A DNA stretch of 64,000 nt, taken from NCBI GenBank assembly GCA_965221125.1, contig CBDCRW010000006.1, positions 544,001 through 608,000 of the forward strand, written 5' to 3'. The notes beneath the pieces were generated by a model that made no database searches, had not been told where the DNA came from, and was given only the letters and a program-made list of their open reading frames with translations. Positions 1 through 10,278 of the stretch are shown here, one piece after another. Made by a program: the position numbers and the translations under genes. Source of the DNA: Alphaproteobacteria bacterium. GTDB taxonomy: Bacteria > Pseudomonadota > Alphaproteobacteria > UBA828. Every line of letters starts with the position of its first letter. Positions within the stretch are counted from its first letter, which is position 1.

Positions 1-1342
1 TGCCGATGCCGGTATCCAGCGCGAAGTCGTTGCCGATGGCGGCGACGCGGGTGAGCACGTCGGGACCGTTGCCGATGAGGCTCGCGCCCTTGAGCGGCGC
101 CGTCGTCCTGCCGTCCTCGATCAGGTAGGCCTCGGCGGCCGAGAACACGAACTTGCCGGACGTGATGTCCACCTGGCCGCCGCTGAAGTTCTTGGCGTAG
201 ATGCCCTTGCTCACCCGGCCGATGATCTCGTCGGGATCGTCGGCGCCGTCCAGCATGAAGGTGTTGGTCATGCGCGGCATGGGCGCATGGGCGAAGCTCT
301 CGCGCCGGCCGTTGCCGGTGGGCTCCATGCCCATGAGCCGCGCGTTCATGCGGTCCTGCAGGTAGCCGCGCAGGATGCCGTCCTCGATCAGCACGGTGCG
401 CCCGGTGGGCGTGCCCTCGTCGTCCACCGTGAGCGAGCCGCGGCGGTCGTCGATGGCGCCGTCGTCCACCACCGTCACCCCCGGCGAGGCCACGCGCTTG
501 CCGAGAAGGCCGGAGAAGGCGCTGGTCTTCTTGCGGTTGAAGTCGCCTTCGAGGCCGTGGCCGATGGCCTCGTGCAGCAGGATGCCGGGCCAGCCGGGGC
601 CGAGCACCACCGGCATCTCGCCGGCGGGTGTCGCGACGGATTCGAGGTTGACCAGCGCCTGGCGGAGCGCCTCGTCCACCTGCGCCTGCCAGCGCCCGGG
701 CGCGAGGAACTCGTCGTAGACCGCGCGCCCGCCCACGCCTTGCGAGCCGGTCTCCTGCCGCTCGCCCTCGCCCACCATGACGGAAACGTTGAGGCGGACG
801 AGCGGGCGCACGTCTGAGGCGCGGCTGCCGTCGGCGCGGACGATCTCCACCGCCTGCCAGGAGCCGAGCAGCGACGCCATCACCTGCCGCACCCTTGGCT
901 CCTTGGCTCTGGCGTACGCGTCGATCTCCGCCAGCAGCGCGACCTTGTCGTCGAAGGGTGTGCCGTCCAGCGGGTTGTCGTCCACGTAGAGCGAGCGGTT
1001 GGTGCGGGACGGCGCCGCCGCCATGGTGCCGCCGTGGCCGCTGCGGACCGCACGAACCGTGGCGGACGCCCGCTTGAGCGCGTCCTCGCCGAGCTCGCCG
1101 GCATGGGCGTACGCCGTCGTCTCGCCGGAGACCGCCCGCAGGCCGAAACCCTGGTGGGTATCGAAGCTCGCACTCTTGAGGCGGCCGTCGTCGAAGGAGA
1201 AGCTCTCGCTCTGGCGGTATTCGAGGAAGAGCTCGCCGTCGTCGGCGCCGTTTAGCGCGTCCGCGACGATCCCCTCCGTTCGCGGCCGGTCGAGCCCTGC
1301 GCGATTGAAGAAGATCTCGTCGGTGACGGCATCTCGGCTCAT
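1..1342 (-). CDS. tldD: Metalloprotease TldD (3' end runs off the window start)
   Basis: Minus-strand frame from ATG 1342 (MSRDAVTDEIFFNR) contains GWPGILLHEAIGHGLEGDFNRK, GNGRRESFAHAPMPRMTNT and GQVDITSGKF motifs; divergent from coxB as is common in Alphaproteobacteria. Missing from the ORF track because it has no stop in the window. Confidence 0.95.
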   Translation of the reverse strand, partial: MSRDAVTDEIFFNRAGLDRPRTEGIVADALNGADDGELFLEYRQSESFSFDDGRLKSASFDTHQGFGLRAVSGETTAYAHAGELGEDALKRASATVRAVRSGHGGTMAAAPSRTNRSLYVDDNPLDGTPFDDKVALLAEIDAYARAKEPRVRQVMASLLGSWQAVEIVRADGSRASDVRPLVRLNVSVMVGEGERQETGSQGVGGRAVYDEFLAPGRWQAQVDEALRQALVNLESVATPAGEMPVVLGPGWPGILLHEAIGHGLEGDFNRKKTSAFSGLLGKRVASPGVTVVDDGAIDDRRGSLTVDDEGTPTGRTVLIEDGILRGYLQDRMNARLMGMEPTGNGRRESFAHAPMPRMTNTFMLDGADDPDEIIGRVSKGIYAKNFSGGQVDITSGKFVFSAAEAYLIEDGRTTAPLKGASLIGNGPDVLTRVAAIGNDFALDTGIG

Positions 1343-1683
1343 CGGGCTCGTCCTTACGTTCTTGCGCGCCGTCGCGCGCGAGCGTTCGTTGCGCGCCGCT
1401 ACGCGCAGGCCTTCCGGGGCGGCCTCTACACAGACGCAGGCCGCACCATCCCGAAGAATTGGCGACGCATCGGCCCGCCGTCAATGCGGGGCTTCAAGAG
1501 GGCTTCAAAAACGGCGGGGTGCATGGTAGGACCCTCGCGTCTTGTATGCAGCGGACGGCGCGACAACGGCCGCGTCGTACGGCCGCGTGCGGAGTGACTT
1601 GGCTGCCGGAGGGCCACGCCTGCGATCCATGGGGTGGACCGGCGGTGATCGGGCGATTCCCGTCGAGCGGGTGGAGGAGTGTA

Positions 1684-2535
1684 GTGAGGCATCTCGCGAA
1701 ACTGGGCGCTTTGGGTGCCGGTCTCGCCGGCTTGGCTGGCGCCGCCGGAACGGCGCTGGCGCAGCAGCCGACGGACTGGGAGGTCGACTTTCAGACCGCC
1801 CTTTCGCCGTCGATGGAGCGCATCGTCGATTTCAACCTCATGGTGACGATCATCATCGTCATCATCACCGCCTTCGTGTTCGCCCTGATGGCGTGGATTG
1901 TGATCCGCTACAACAAGAAGCGGAACCCGGTACCCTCCAAGACCACCCACAACACCACGCTGGAGGTGATCTGGACCGTCGTGCCGGTGATCATCCTGCT
2001 CGTCATCGCGGTGCCCTCGTTCCGGCTCCTCTACTACACGGACCGGGTCGAGGAGGCCGACATGACGCTGAAGGCGATCGGCCACCAGTGGTACTGGTCC
2101 TACGAGTACCCGGACCACGGTGACTTCACCTTCGACGCCCTGATGCTGGAGGACGACGAGCTGGAGGAGGGTCAGCCCCGCCTGCTGGCGACCGACGAGG
2201 CGGTGGTGCTGCCGGTGGGCGCCAAGATCAGGCTGCTGACGACGGCCGACGACGTGATCCACTCCTGGGCCATCCCGGCGTTCGGCGTCAAGATGGATTC
2301 CGTGCCCGGCCGGGTCAACGAGACCTGGTTCCAGATCAACCGCGAGGGCATGTATTACGGGCAATGCTCGGAGCTCTGCGGCACGCTGCACGGCTTCATG
2401 CCGATCATGATCGAAGCGGTGTCGCAGGAGGAATTCGACGCCTGGGTGGAATTCGCGCGAGAAGAATTCGCCTCGGCGGACGATACGCCCACCGAGGTTG
2501 CATCGCTCGACGCCAGCGCGCCTCTGGCGCGCTGA
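1684..2535 (+). CDS. coxB: Cytochrome c oxidase subunit II
   Basis: GHQWYWSYEY, DVIHSW and CuA motif GQCSELCGTLHGFM; GTG 1684 follows GGAGGAG RBS; N-terminal signal peptide. Confidence 0.97.
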   Translation: MRHLAKLGALGAGLAGLAGAAGTALAQQPTDWEVDFQTALSPSMERIVDFNLMVTIIIVIITAFVFALMAWIVIRYNKKRNPVPSKTTHNTTLEVIWTVVPVIILLVIAVPSFRLLYYTDRVEEADMTLKAIGHQWYWSYEYPDHGDFTFDALMLEDDELEEGQPRLLATDEAVVLPVGAKIRLLTTADDVIHSWAIPAFGVKMDSVPGRVNETWFQINREGMYYGQCSELCGTLHGFMPIMIEAVSQEEFDAWVEFAREEFASADDTPTEVASLDASAPLAR

Positions 2536-2550
2536 GGAAGGAGAGAGGCC

Positions 2551-4149
2551 ATGGCGGACCACGCCCACGCCCACGCAGCGCACGATCACATGCCGCGGGG
2601 CATCACGCGGTGGCTCTACTCCACCAACCACAAAGACATCGGCACGATGTACATCGCCTTCGCGGTGGTGTTCGGCATCGTGGGCGCGGTGCTCTCCATC
2701 TTCATGCGGATGGAGCTGGCCGAGCCGGGGATGCAGATCTTTGCCGATTCCCACACGTTCAACGTCTTCGTGACCGGCCACGGGCTGATCATGGTGTTCT
2801 TCATGATCATGCCGGCATTCATCGGCGGCTTCGGCAACTGGTTCGTGCCGTTGATGATCGGCGCGCCGGACATGGCGTTCCCGCGCATGAACAACATCAG
2901 CTTCTGGCTGCTGGTGCCCTCCGGCGCACTGCTCGTGACCTCGATGTTCGTGGACGGAGGGCCCGGGCCGGGCGTCGGTGCGGGCTGGACGGTCTATGCG
3001 CCGCTATCCACCTCGGGCCATGCGGGCCCGGCCATGGATCTCGGCATCTTCGCGCTGCATCTGGCGGGCGCGTCGTCGATCCTCGGCGCCATCAATTTCA
3101 TCACCACCATCCTCAACATGCGCGCGCCGGGCATGACGATGCACAAGCTGCCGCTCTTCGTCTGGTCGGTGCTGGTGACCGCCTTCCTGCTGCTGCTCTC
3201 GCTGCCGGTACTGGCGGGCGCCATCACGATGCTGCTGACGGACCGGAACTTCGGCACCGCCTTCTTCGACGCGGCCGGGGGCGGCGATCCGATCCTCTAC
3301 CAGCATCTCTTCTGGTTCTTCGGGCACCCGGAGGTCTACATCCTGATCCTGCCGGCCTTCGGCATCGTGAGCCACATCGTCTCCACCTTCTCCAACAAGC
3401 CGGTCTTCGGCTACCTCGGCATGGCCTACGCCATGGTCGCCATCGGCTTCATCGGCTTCGTCGTGTGGGCGCACCACATGTTCACGGTGGGGATGGACGT
3501 CGACACGCGCGCCTACTTCATTGGCGCGACGATGGTCATCGCGGTGCCGACGGGCATCAAGATATTCAGCTGGATCGCCACCATGTGGGGCGGCTCCATC
3601 GAGTTCAAGACGCCGATGCTCTGGGCCTTCGGCTTCATCTTCCTGTTCACCGTGGGCGGCGTGACCGGGGTCGTGCTCGCCAATGCGGGCCTCGATAGCG
3701 CGCTCCACGATACCTACTACGTCGTCGGGCACTTCCACTACGTGCTCTCGCTCGGCGCCGTGTTCATGGCCTTCGGAGCGTTCTACTACTGGATCGGCAA
3801 GATGTGCGGTCGCCAGTACCCGGAGACGCTGGGCAAGATCCACTTCTGGATCACCTTCATCGGCGTGAACCTGACCTTCTTCCCGATGCACTTCTCGGGC
3901 GTCTCGGGCATGCCGAGGCGCATCCCCGACTACCCGGACGCGTACGCCGGGTGGAACATGATCTCGTCCATCGGCGCCTACATCTCGACGGTCGGGCTGA
4001 TCCTCTTCATCTACATCCTCATTTACACGCTCTTCTGGGGTAAGAAGTGCCCTGCCAACCCCTGGGGCGAGGGTGCGCGCACGCTGGAGTGGTCGGTGCC
4101 GTCGCCGGCGCCCTTCCACACCCACGAGGAGCTCCCCCGGGTCCGCTAG
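2551..4149 (+). CDS. coxA: Cytochrome c oxidase subunit I (A1-type, aa3)
   Basis: [35 protein letters not shown] motifs. Confidence 0.99.
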   Translation: MADHAHAHAAHDHMPRGITRWLYSTNHKDIGTMYIAFAVVFGIVGAVLSIFMRMELAEPGMQIFADSHTFNVFVTGHGLIMVFFMIMPAFIGGFGNWFVPLMIGAPDMAFPRMNNISFWLLVPSGALLVTSMFVDGGPGPGVGAGWTVYAPLSTSGHAGPAMDLGIFALHLAGASSILGAINFITTILNMRAPGMTMHKLPLFVWSVLVTAFLLLLSLPVLAGAITMLLTDRNFGTAFFDAAGGGDPILYQHLFWFFGHPEVYILILPAFGIVSHIVSTFSNKPVFGYLGMAYAMVAIGFIGFVVWAHHMFTVGMDVDTRAYFIGATMVIAVPTGIKIFSWIATMWGGSIEFKTPMLWAFGFIFLFTVGGVTGVVLANAGLDSALHDTYYVVGHFHYVLSLGAVFMAFGAFYYWIGKMCGRQYPETLGKIHFWITFIGVNLTFFPMHFSGVSGMPRRIPDYPDAYAGWNMISSIGAYISTVGLILFIYILIYTLFWGKKCPANPWGEGARTLEWSVPSPAPFHTHEELPRVR

Positions 4150-4170
4150 GACGGAGCGGGGACTGGCGCC

Positions 4171-5088
4171 ATGAGTGAGCCGGCGGCGAGGATAGCGGGC
4201 GCGGACGTCGCGGCGCCGGTCGCGCTCGCCGACGCGTTCGCGCTGCTGAAGCCCAGGGTGATGTCGCTGGTGGTCTTCACCGGCGCCGTCGGCCTCGTCA
4301 TCGCGCCCGGCGCCATCCATCCGTTGATTGCGGCGGTGGCGGTGCTCTGCATCGCCGTCGGCGCCGGCGGCTCTGCGGCCATCAACATGTGGTACGACCG
4401 CGACATCGACGCCGTGATGACCCGCACGCGCGCGAGGCCGGTCCCCGCCGGGCGGGTAGAGCCAGGTGCCGCCCTCGGCCTCGGCATCGTTCTCTCCGCC
4501 GGATCGACCGCGATGATGGGGATCGCCGTCAACTGGGTCGCGGCCGGCCTGCTCGCGTTTACGATCTTCTTCTACGTCGTGATCTACACGATGTGGCTGA
4601 AGCGGCGCACGCCGCAGAACATCGTGATCGGCGGCGCCGCCGGCGCCTTCCCGCCGATGATCGGCTGGGCGGCGGTGACCGGCGGGGTCGACCTCACCTC
4701 GCTCGCGCTGTTCGGGATCATCTTCCTCTGGACGCCGCCGCACTTCTGGGCGCTGGCGCTGGTGCGCTCGGAGGACTACGAGGCCGCCAACGTGCCGATG
4801 CTGCCCGTGGTCGCGGGCGATCGCAGCACGCGGCGCTGGATCGTGATCTATTCGCTGCTGCTGCTCCCCGTGAGCCTCGCGCCTTGCGCGACCGGGGCTT
4901 CCGGCGCGATCTACGGCATCGGCGCGCTGGTGGCGGGCCTCGTGCTCGCGGCCGGCGCCTTCCGCGTCCTCGTGGACCACAGCCCGGCTGCGGCGAAGCG
5001 CCTCTTCGGCACCTCGATCGTCTACCTCTTCGCGCTCTTCGCGCTCCTCCTCGTCGACCGCGCGTGGCCGGTCCCGCTCCTGCCATGA
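4171..5088 (+). CDS. cyoE: Protoheme IX farnesyltransferase (heme o synthase)
   Basis: [28 protein letters not shown] motifs; position in cox operon. Confidence 0.96.
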   Translation: MSEPAARIAGADVAAPVALADAFALLKPRVMSLVVFTGAVGLVIAPGAIHPLIAAVAVLCIAVGAGGSAAINMWYDRDIDAVMTRTRARPVPAGRVEPGAALGLGIVLSAGSTAMMGIAVNWVAAGLLAFTIFFYVVIYTMWLKRRTPQNIVIGGAAGAFPPMIGWAAVTGGVDLTSLALFGIIFLWTPPHFWALALVRSEDYEAANVPMLPVVAGDRSTRRWIVIYSLLLLPVSLAPCATGASGAIYGIGALVAGLVLAAGAFRVLVDHSPAAAKRLFGTSIVYLFALFALLLVDRAWPVPLLP

Positions 5089-5219
5089 GGGACGAACTCG
5101 TGAAAGACCGAGAGACGGAGAAGCGGCGCAGGCTCCGCAACTTCGCGATCGGCGGCGCGCTGCTCGCGCTCGCGATCCTGTTCTACCTCATCACCATCGT
5201 CAGGATGGGGGGCGAGTAG
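5085..5219 (+). CDS. Small membrane protein of the cox operon (CoxF-like, 44 aa)
   Basis: ATG overlaps the cyoE stop (ATGA); basic N-terminus followed by one TM helix ([29 protein letters not shown]); conserved position before ctaG. Confidence 0.8.
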   Translation: MRDELVKDRETEKRRRLRNFAIGGALLALAILFYLITIVRMGGE

Positions 5220-5220
5220 G

Positions 5221-5877
5221 ATGACGGCCGAAGCCCCCCGCACACCCGCCAAGGCCGCCAGCCGGCGGCGCATGGCGACCGCGCTCGTCCTGGGCGGTGT
5301 CGTCTGCGGCATGGTGGGACTCGCCTTCGGCGCGGTGCCGCTCTACCAGCTCTTTTGCCAGGTCACGGGCTTCGGCGGCACCACACAGGTGGCGGAGGAA
5401 GCGCCTGCGGAAATCGGCGAGCGGGTGGTCACCATCCGCTTCAACGCGGATACCGCGCGCGACCTGCCGTGGCGCTTCAAGCCCGAGCAGCGCGAGATGA
5501 CGGTGCGCGTCGGCGAGATGGCGATGGCCTTCTACAACGCCGTGAACCAGTCGGACCGTTCGCTCGTCGGCAGCTCGACCTTCAACGTGACGCCGGTGAA
5601 GGCCGGCGCCTACTTCAACAAGATCGAGTGCTTCTGCTTCGAGGAGCAGACGCTGGCGCCGGGCGAGCGTGCCGAATTCCCGGTGTCCTTCTTCGTCGAT
5701 CCCGACATCGTCGAGGATCGCCGGCTCGACGACGTAAGCACCATCACCTTGTCCTACACGTTCTTCGCACGCGGAGAGGGCGTGACCGAAGCCGCGCTGG
5801 CGCCCGGCGCGGCCGGCGACGCGACCCCCGACGCGGCGGGCCCCAGACCAGGGAGCGAGTCTAGTTATGGCGGATAG
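5221..5877 (+). CDS. ctaG: Cytochrome c oxidase assembly protein CtaG/Cox11
   Basis: AVPLYQLFCQVTGFGGT and YFNKIECFCF copper motif. Confidence 0.96.
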   Translation: MTAEAPRTPAKAASRRRMATALVLGGVVCGMVGLAFGAVPLYQLFCQVTGFGGTTQVAEEAPAEIGERVVTIRFNADTARDLPWRFKPEQREMTVRVGEMAMAFYNAVNQSDRSLVGSSTFNVTPVKAGAYFNKIECFCFEEQTLAPGERAEFPVSFFVDPDIVEDRRLDDVSTITLSYTFFARGEGVTEAALAPGAAGDATPDAAGPRPGSESSYGG

Positions 5878-6670
5878 CGCACACGGGACCGCGAACCACG
5901 AGTACCACATGGTGAAGCCGAGCCCGTGGCCGGTCATCGGCGCGCTGGGCGGCGGCGGGCTCGGGCTCGGCGGCGTGGTCATCTTCATGCACACCGGCCA
6001 GCTCTGGCTGATGACCATCGGCGGGATCGTGGTCATCCTCACCATGTACTTCTGGTGGCGCGACGTGATCCGCGAGGCGCTGGTCGAGAACGAGCACACG
6101 CAAGTCGTGCAGCGGGGATTGCGCTTCGGCATGGTGCTCTTCATCGCCTCCGAGGTGATGTTCTTCGCGGCCTTCTTCTGGGCGTTCTTCAACGCCTCGA
6201 TCATGCCGCCCGACGTGATCGCCAACACATGGCCGCCGCCGGGGGTCGAGACCATCCCGGCGTGGCGGCTGCCCTTCGTGAACACGCTGCTGCTGCTGAC
6301 CTCGGGCGCCACCGTGACCTGGGCGCACCACGCGCTCCGCCACGGCAACCAGCAACAGCTGGTCTACGGGCTCGCGCTCACCGTTGCGCTGGGCGTAGCC
6401 TTCATCGGCGTCCAGGGCTACGAGTACGCCCACGCGGCCTTCGGATTCCGCGATGGCATCTATCCCTCGACCTTCTTCATGGCGACGGGCTTCCACGGTT
6501 TCCACGTCACCGTCGGCGCCATTTTCCTCGCGGTCTGCCTCTACCGGGCGCTGAAGCGGCAGTTCAAGCCGGACCAGCACATCGGGCTCGAGGCCGCAGC
6601 GTGGTACTGGCACTTCGTCGACGTGGTGTGGCTGTTCCTGTTCATCTGGGTCTACTGGTGGGGCGGTTGA
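5867..6670 (+). CDS. coxC: Cytochrome c oxidase subunit III
   Basis: PSPWP, FIASEVMFF, TGFHGFHV, WYWHFVDVVW motifs. Confidence 0.98.
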   Translation: MADSAHGTANHEYHMVKPSPWPVIGALGGGGLGLGGVVIFMHTGQLWLMTIGGIVVILTMYFWWRDVIREALVENEHTQVVQRGLRFGMVLFIASEVMFFAAFFWAFFNASIMPPDVIANTWPPPGVETIPAWRLPFVNTLLLLTSGATVTWAHHALRHGNQQQLVYGLALTVALGVAFIGVQGYEYAHAAFGFRDGIYPSTFFMATGFHGFHVTVGAIFLAVCLYRALKRQFKPDQHIGLEAAAWYWHFVDVVWLFLFIWVYWWGG

Positions 6671-6680
6671 TCGGGACGGC

Positions 6681-7055
6681 ATGGCGGATGGGACCTACTA
6701 TCCGCCGGTCTCGGTCCTGAAGGCCGGCCTGCTCTTCCGCTGCCCGCGATGCGGACGCGGCAAGCTGTTCCGAGGCTACCTGCGGGTGGCCGAGCGCTGC
6801 GGCGCGTGCGCCTTCGAGCTCAAGCGGCATGACAGCGCCGACGGGCCTGCCGTCTTCGTCATGTTCATCGTCGGCGCCATCGTCGTGGCGCTTGCGTTCT
6901 GGCTGGAGTTCACCCATGCGCCGCCTTACTGGCTGCACGCGGTGCTCTGGCTGCCGGCGATCCTTGTCTTGAGCCTCATCCTGCTCAGGCCCGCCAAGGC
7001 GCTCCTGATCGCGCTTCAGTACAGGCACAGGGCGGCCGGCTTTGGCGAAGACTGA
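6681..7055 (+). CDS. DUF983 family membrane protein
   Basis: RCPRCGRGKLF...CGAC...DSADGPA zinc-ribbon motif plus two TM helices; usual position after coxC. Confidence 0.88.
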   Translation: MADGTYYPPVSVLKAGLLFRCPRCGRGKLFRGYLRVAERCGACAFELKRHDSADGPAVFVMFIVGAIVVALAFWLEFTHAPPYWLHAVLWLPAILVLSLILLRPAKALLIALQYRHRAAGFGED

Positions 7056-7071
7056 GGGCGCCCCGCGGCGG

Positions 7072-7800
7072 GTGAGCAACGCGCGCGCGCGGCGGCGGGC
7101 GACGTGGTTCGCGATCCCGGGCATCATCATCCTGCTCGCGCTGGGCTCCTGGCAGGTGCATCGCCTGATGTGGAAGACCGAGCTCAACGAGGAGCGCCGC
7201 GCCCAGTTCCAGGCGGAGGCGGTGATGCTGCCCGCCGAGGTCGGCGATCCCGCCTCCTTCGCCTACCGCCGGGTCTGGCTGGAGGGACGCTTCCGCCACG
7301 AGGCGGAGATGTTCCTCGCCGCCCGCACCTTCGACCGCCGGGTGGGCTACCAGATCATCACCCCGTTCGAGCGCACGGACGGCCCGGCGGTGCTGGTCAA
7401 CCGCGGCTGGGTGCCGCTCGAGAACAAGGCGCCGGAGACCCGCCTGGGCGGCCAGGTCCAGGGCACGTTCCGTCTCGAAGGCATCGTCGTGCCGGCCGGG
7501 CGGGCCGGGTGGTTCACGCCCGACAACGAGCCCGAGAACAACATCTGGTTCTGGACCGATACGGAAGCGCTCGCGGCGGAGGCGGGCATACCACCGCCCG
7601 CCTACCTGGTGGACGCCGGCCCCACGCCCAATCCCGGCGGCCTGCCGATCGGCGGCCAGACCAAGGTCGAGCTCCGCAGCGAGCACATGCAGTACATCGT
7701 GATCTGGTACGCGCTCGCCATCGGCCTTGCCGTGATCTACGTGATCTACATGCGCCGCAACCGGGGCCCGGATCAGAGCACGGACGAGAACGAGGCATGA
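7072..7800 (+). CDS. SURF1 family cytochrome oxidase biogenesis protein
   Basis: LGSWQVHRLMWK, VLVNRGWVP, HMQYIVIWY motifs; start uncertain (GTG 7072 or TTG 7042). Confidence 0.93.
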   Translation: MSNARARRRATWFAIPGIIILLALGSWQVHRLMWKTELNEERRAQFQAEAVMLPAEVGDPASFAYRRVWLEGRFRHEAEMFLAARTFDRRVGYQIITPFERTDGPAVLVNRGWVPLENKAPETRLGGQVQGTFRLEGIVVPAGRAGWFTPDNEPENNIWFWTDTEALAAEAGIPPPAYLVDAGPTPNPGGLPIGGQTKVELRSEHMQYIVIWYALAIGLAVIYVIYMRRNRGPDQSTDENEA

Positions 7801-9278
7801 GCGCCTACGCCGCGCTGGAGGCCCGCTTCCGCCGCCTCGGCCTGCTCGGCGGCGCGGCCGCGATGCTGCATTGGGACTGGGCGACGATGATGCCGCCCGG
7901 CGGCGCCGAGCCGCGCGCGGCCCAACTGGCCGAGCTCGCGCTGATCCGCCACGAGACGCTGACCGATTCCAGGCTTTGCGACCTGCTGAACGAAGCCGAG
8001 GGTGCGATCGACACGCTCGACGAGTGGCAGCGGGCCAACCTCGCCCGCATGTGGCGCCGCTGGCGCGAGGCGGCGGCGCTGCCGGGCGATCTGGTGCAGG
8101 CGCTGAGCGAGGCCTCGTCCCGCTGCGAGATGGTGTGGCGCGAGGCCCGGCCGGCGAACGACTTTGCGGCCTTCGCGGAGACTTTCGCGCCGCTGCTCGC
8201 CCTCGTCCGCGAGAAGGCCGCGGCGCTGGGCGGGGCGCTGGATTGCGCGCCCTACGACGGGCTGATCGAATCCTACGAGCCAGGGCTGCGCTCCGCCACC
8301 ATCGACCCGCTCTTCGACGATCTCGCGGACTTCCTCCCCGCGTTCCTCGGCCGCGTTCGGGAGAAGCAGGCCGGCTCGGAGGCGCTGCCGCCGGTGGGGG
8401 CGCCGGTGGCGGCGCAGCAGGCCCTTGCCAGGCGCCTGATGACGGCGCTCGGATTCGACTTCGACCACGGGCGCCTCGATATCAGCCTCCACCCCTTCTG
8501 CGGCGGCAGTGCGGGCGACATCCGCATAACCACCCGCTACGACGAGGCGGACGCGCTTTCCGGCCTCATGGGCGTGCTGCACGAGACCGGCCACGCGCTC
8601 TATGAGGCAAGCCTGCCCGAGGCGTGGCGGTATCAGCCGGTGGGGCAGGCGGGCGGCATGGCGCTGCACGAGAGCCAGTCGCTGCTGATCGAGATGCAGG
8701 CCTGCCGCAGCCGGCCCTTCATGCGCTTTCTCGCGCCGCTGCTCGGCGAGCATCTGAACGGCGGGGATTCTGCCGATGCGGAGGCGCTCTACCGCCGCGC
8801 GATCCGGGTCGAGCCCTGCTACATCAGGGTGGACGCCGACGAGGTGACCTACCCCGCCCACGTCATGCTGCGCTACCGGCTGGAGCGCGCCCTGATCGCC
8901 GGCGATCTCGGCGTGGACGAGATTCCCGGCGCCTGGGCCGAGATTCACGAGGCCCTGCTCGGGCTGAGACCTGAGAACGATACCCTCGGATGCCTGCAGG
9001 ACATCCACTGGTCGGTGGGCGAGATCGGCTACTTCCCGAGCTACACCATCGGCGCGCTCATGGCGGCGCAGTTCTTCAACGCCGCCGCGCGGGACGAGCC
9101 GGACGTCTGGCCCGCCATCGAGCGGGGCGACTTCGGGCCTCTTCTCGGCTGGCTCAGGGCCAACGTGCACGGCCTCGGGTCCCGCTACCAGGGCCCGGTG
9201 CTGCTCGAACGTGCGACCGGTGCGCCGCTCGGCACCGCCGTTTTCAAGGCCCACCTGCAGCGGCGCTATCTGGGCTGA
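7797..9278 (+). CDS. Carboxypeptidase M32 (Taq-type)
   Basis: HPFC, ITTRY, HETGHALYE (HExxH), HESQS, IRVDADEVTY, GCLQDIHW, GYFPSY motifs; ATGA overlap with SURF1. Confidence 0.95.
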   Translation: MSAYAALEARFRRLGLLGGAAAMLHWDWATMMPPGGAEPRAAQLAELALIRHETLTDSRLCDLLNEAEGAIDTLDEWQRANLARMWRRWREAAALPGDLVQALSEASSRCEMVWREARPANDFAAFAETFAPLLALVREKAAALGGALDCAPYDGLIESYEPGLRSATIDPLFDDLADFLPAFLGRVREKQAGSEALPPVGAPVAAQQALARRLMTALGFDFDHGRLDISLHPFCGGSAGDIRITTRYDEADALSGLMGVLHETGHALYEASLPEAWRYQPVGQAGGMALHESQSLLIEMQACRSRPFMRFLAPLLGEHLNGGDSADAEALYRRAIRVEPCYIRVDADEVTYPAHVMLRYRLERALIAGDLGVDEIPGAWAEIHEALLGLRPENDTLGCLQDIHWSVGEIGYFPSYTIGALMAAQFFNAAARDEPDVWPAIERGDFGPLLGWLRANVHGLGSRYQGPVLLERATGAPLGTAVFKAHLQRRYLG

Positions 9279-9314
9279 ATCCGGCTTTGCCGTGGCGGCA
9301 GTGGCCGCTGCGTG

Positions 9315-9344
9315 TTGACGCTCGCCGTGCAGGCGTTCTACTGT
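9315..9344 (+). promoter_or_regulatory. Putative sigma70 promoter for the DUF4164-zapA unit
   Basis: TTGACG (9315-9320), 18 nt spacer, TACTGT (9339-9344). Confidence 0.5.
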
Positions 9345-9408
9345 CTTGGCGCGGGCATCGGGGAGATAACTTTTTGCAGCCCGCCACGCGACTAACAACG
9401 CCTTCATC

Positions 9409-9720
9409 ATGTCGGAACTGAAGAGGGCGAGCGACCGGCTCGAGCAGGCGATCGAGCGGCTCGACAAGGCGCTCGCAAATGGCCGCCAATCGGCTGAAGA
9501 CGCGCACACGCTGGCGCTGGCAAGCACCGTCGCCACCGTCGAACGCGAACGCGATTCGCTGCGCGTCGACGTCGATGCGCTCAAGCTCGAGCGGGCGCAG
9601 CTTGCTCAGGCGCTCGCCGATGCGAGGGAGCGCCAGGCCGCCGCGCGCCAGGCCAACGAGGCGGTCGCCGAACGCCTCGATGACGCGATCGGCTCGCTGC
9701 GCGTGATCCTGGGAGTCTAG
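9409..9720 (+). CDS. Coiled-coil protein, DUF4164/ZapB-like
   Basis: Heptad-rich sequence ending RLDDAIGSLRVILG; conserved position upstream of zapA. Confidence 0.75.
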   Translation: MSELKRASDRLEQAIERLDKALANGRQSAEDAHTLALASTVATVERERDSLRVDVDALKLERAQLAQALADARERQAAARQANEAVAERLDDAIGSLRVILGV

Positions 9721-9728
9721 AAGGGGCC

Positions 9729-10082
9729 ATGGGCGAGGTCGCGGTCACCATCGGCGGGCGGCGCTATCCGGTCTCTTGCGACGACGGGCAGGAAGAGCAC
9801 GTCGCCAAGCTCGCGGCCTACGTCGACCGGCGCGCGCAAGAGCTTTCGGAGACGGTGGGCCGGGTCGGCGAGGTCCGGCTCCTGCTCATGGCCTGCCTCG
9901 TCATCGCCGACGAGCTGGCCGACGCCTACGACGAGCTCGACCGGCTGCAGTCGCACGCCAGGCTTGCCGAACGAAGAGCCCGCATCGATGCCGAAGCGGG
10001 GCTGGAGGGCCGGTTCGCGCCCATCGTCGACGCGCTGGCCGAACGCATCGAGAATATTGCCGGCACCCTAGAGAAAGACTAG
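9729..10082 (+). CDS. zapA: Cell division protein ZapA
   Basis: VTIGGRRYPVSCDDGQEEHV...RLLLMACLVIADEL matches alphaproteobacterial ZapA. Confidence 0.93.
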   Translation: MGEVAVTIGGRRYPVSCDDGQEEHVAKLAAYVDRRAQELSETVGRVGEVRLLLMACLVIADELADAYDELDRLQSHARLAERRARIDAEAGLEGRFAPIVDALAERIENIAGTLEKD

Positions 10083-10085
10083 ATT
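10057..10085 (+). promoter_or_regulatory. Putative sigma70 promoter of 6S RNA
   Basis: TTGCCG (10057-10062), 17 nt spacer, TAGATT (10080-10085, overlapping the zapA stop); predicts a start near 10092. Confidence 0.55.
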
Positions 10086-10091
10086 TCTCCT

Positions 10092-10255
10092 TGGACGGTT
10101 ACTGCCGGATTTGTCGCGCCGACTGTTTCCCGCGGTCAATTTTCGCTTCTCGGGAGCTGTCCCTGCCGGGGCTGCGGTCTCGGCAACACGGCGCCCACCT
10201 GGTCACATCGGCCTGGAGGAAGCTCTGGGTGCGACGGTTCAGGCGGGGCCGTCCA
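10092..10255 (+). ncRNA. ssrS: 6S RNA
   Basis: Lies between zapA and ygfA (canonical locus); 5' TGGACGG pairs with 3' CCGTCCA; contains CGGGAGCTGTCCCTGCCGGG and GCGCCCACCT, characteristic of alphaproteobacterial 6S. Confidence 0.88.
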
Positions 10256-10278
10256 TTTCCGTCTCACGAGGGCCGACC

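Noticed and set aside
287-1529. Several plus-strand ORFs in the first 1.5 kb
   Set aside because: Antisense shadows of tldD, which is the real minus-strand gene but is absent from the ORF track because it is incomplete.
3004-4980. Long antisense or alternate-frame ORFs (658 aa here; also 7773-9584, 43456-45663, 46664-49270)
   Set aside because: They overlap well-supported genes, show no recognisable motifs, and are expected from stop-codon scarcity in high-GC DNA.
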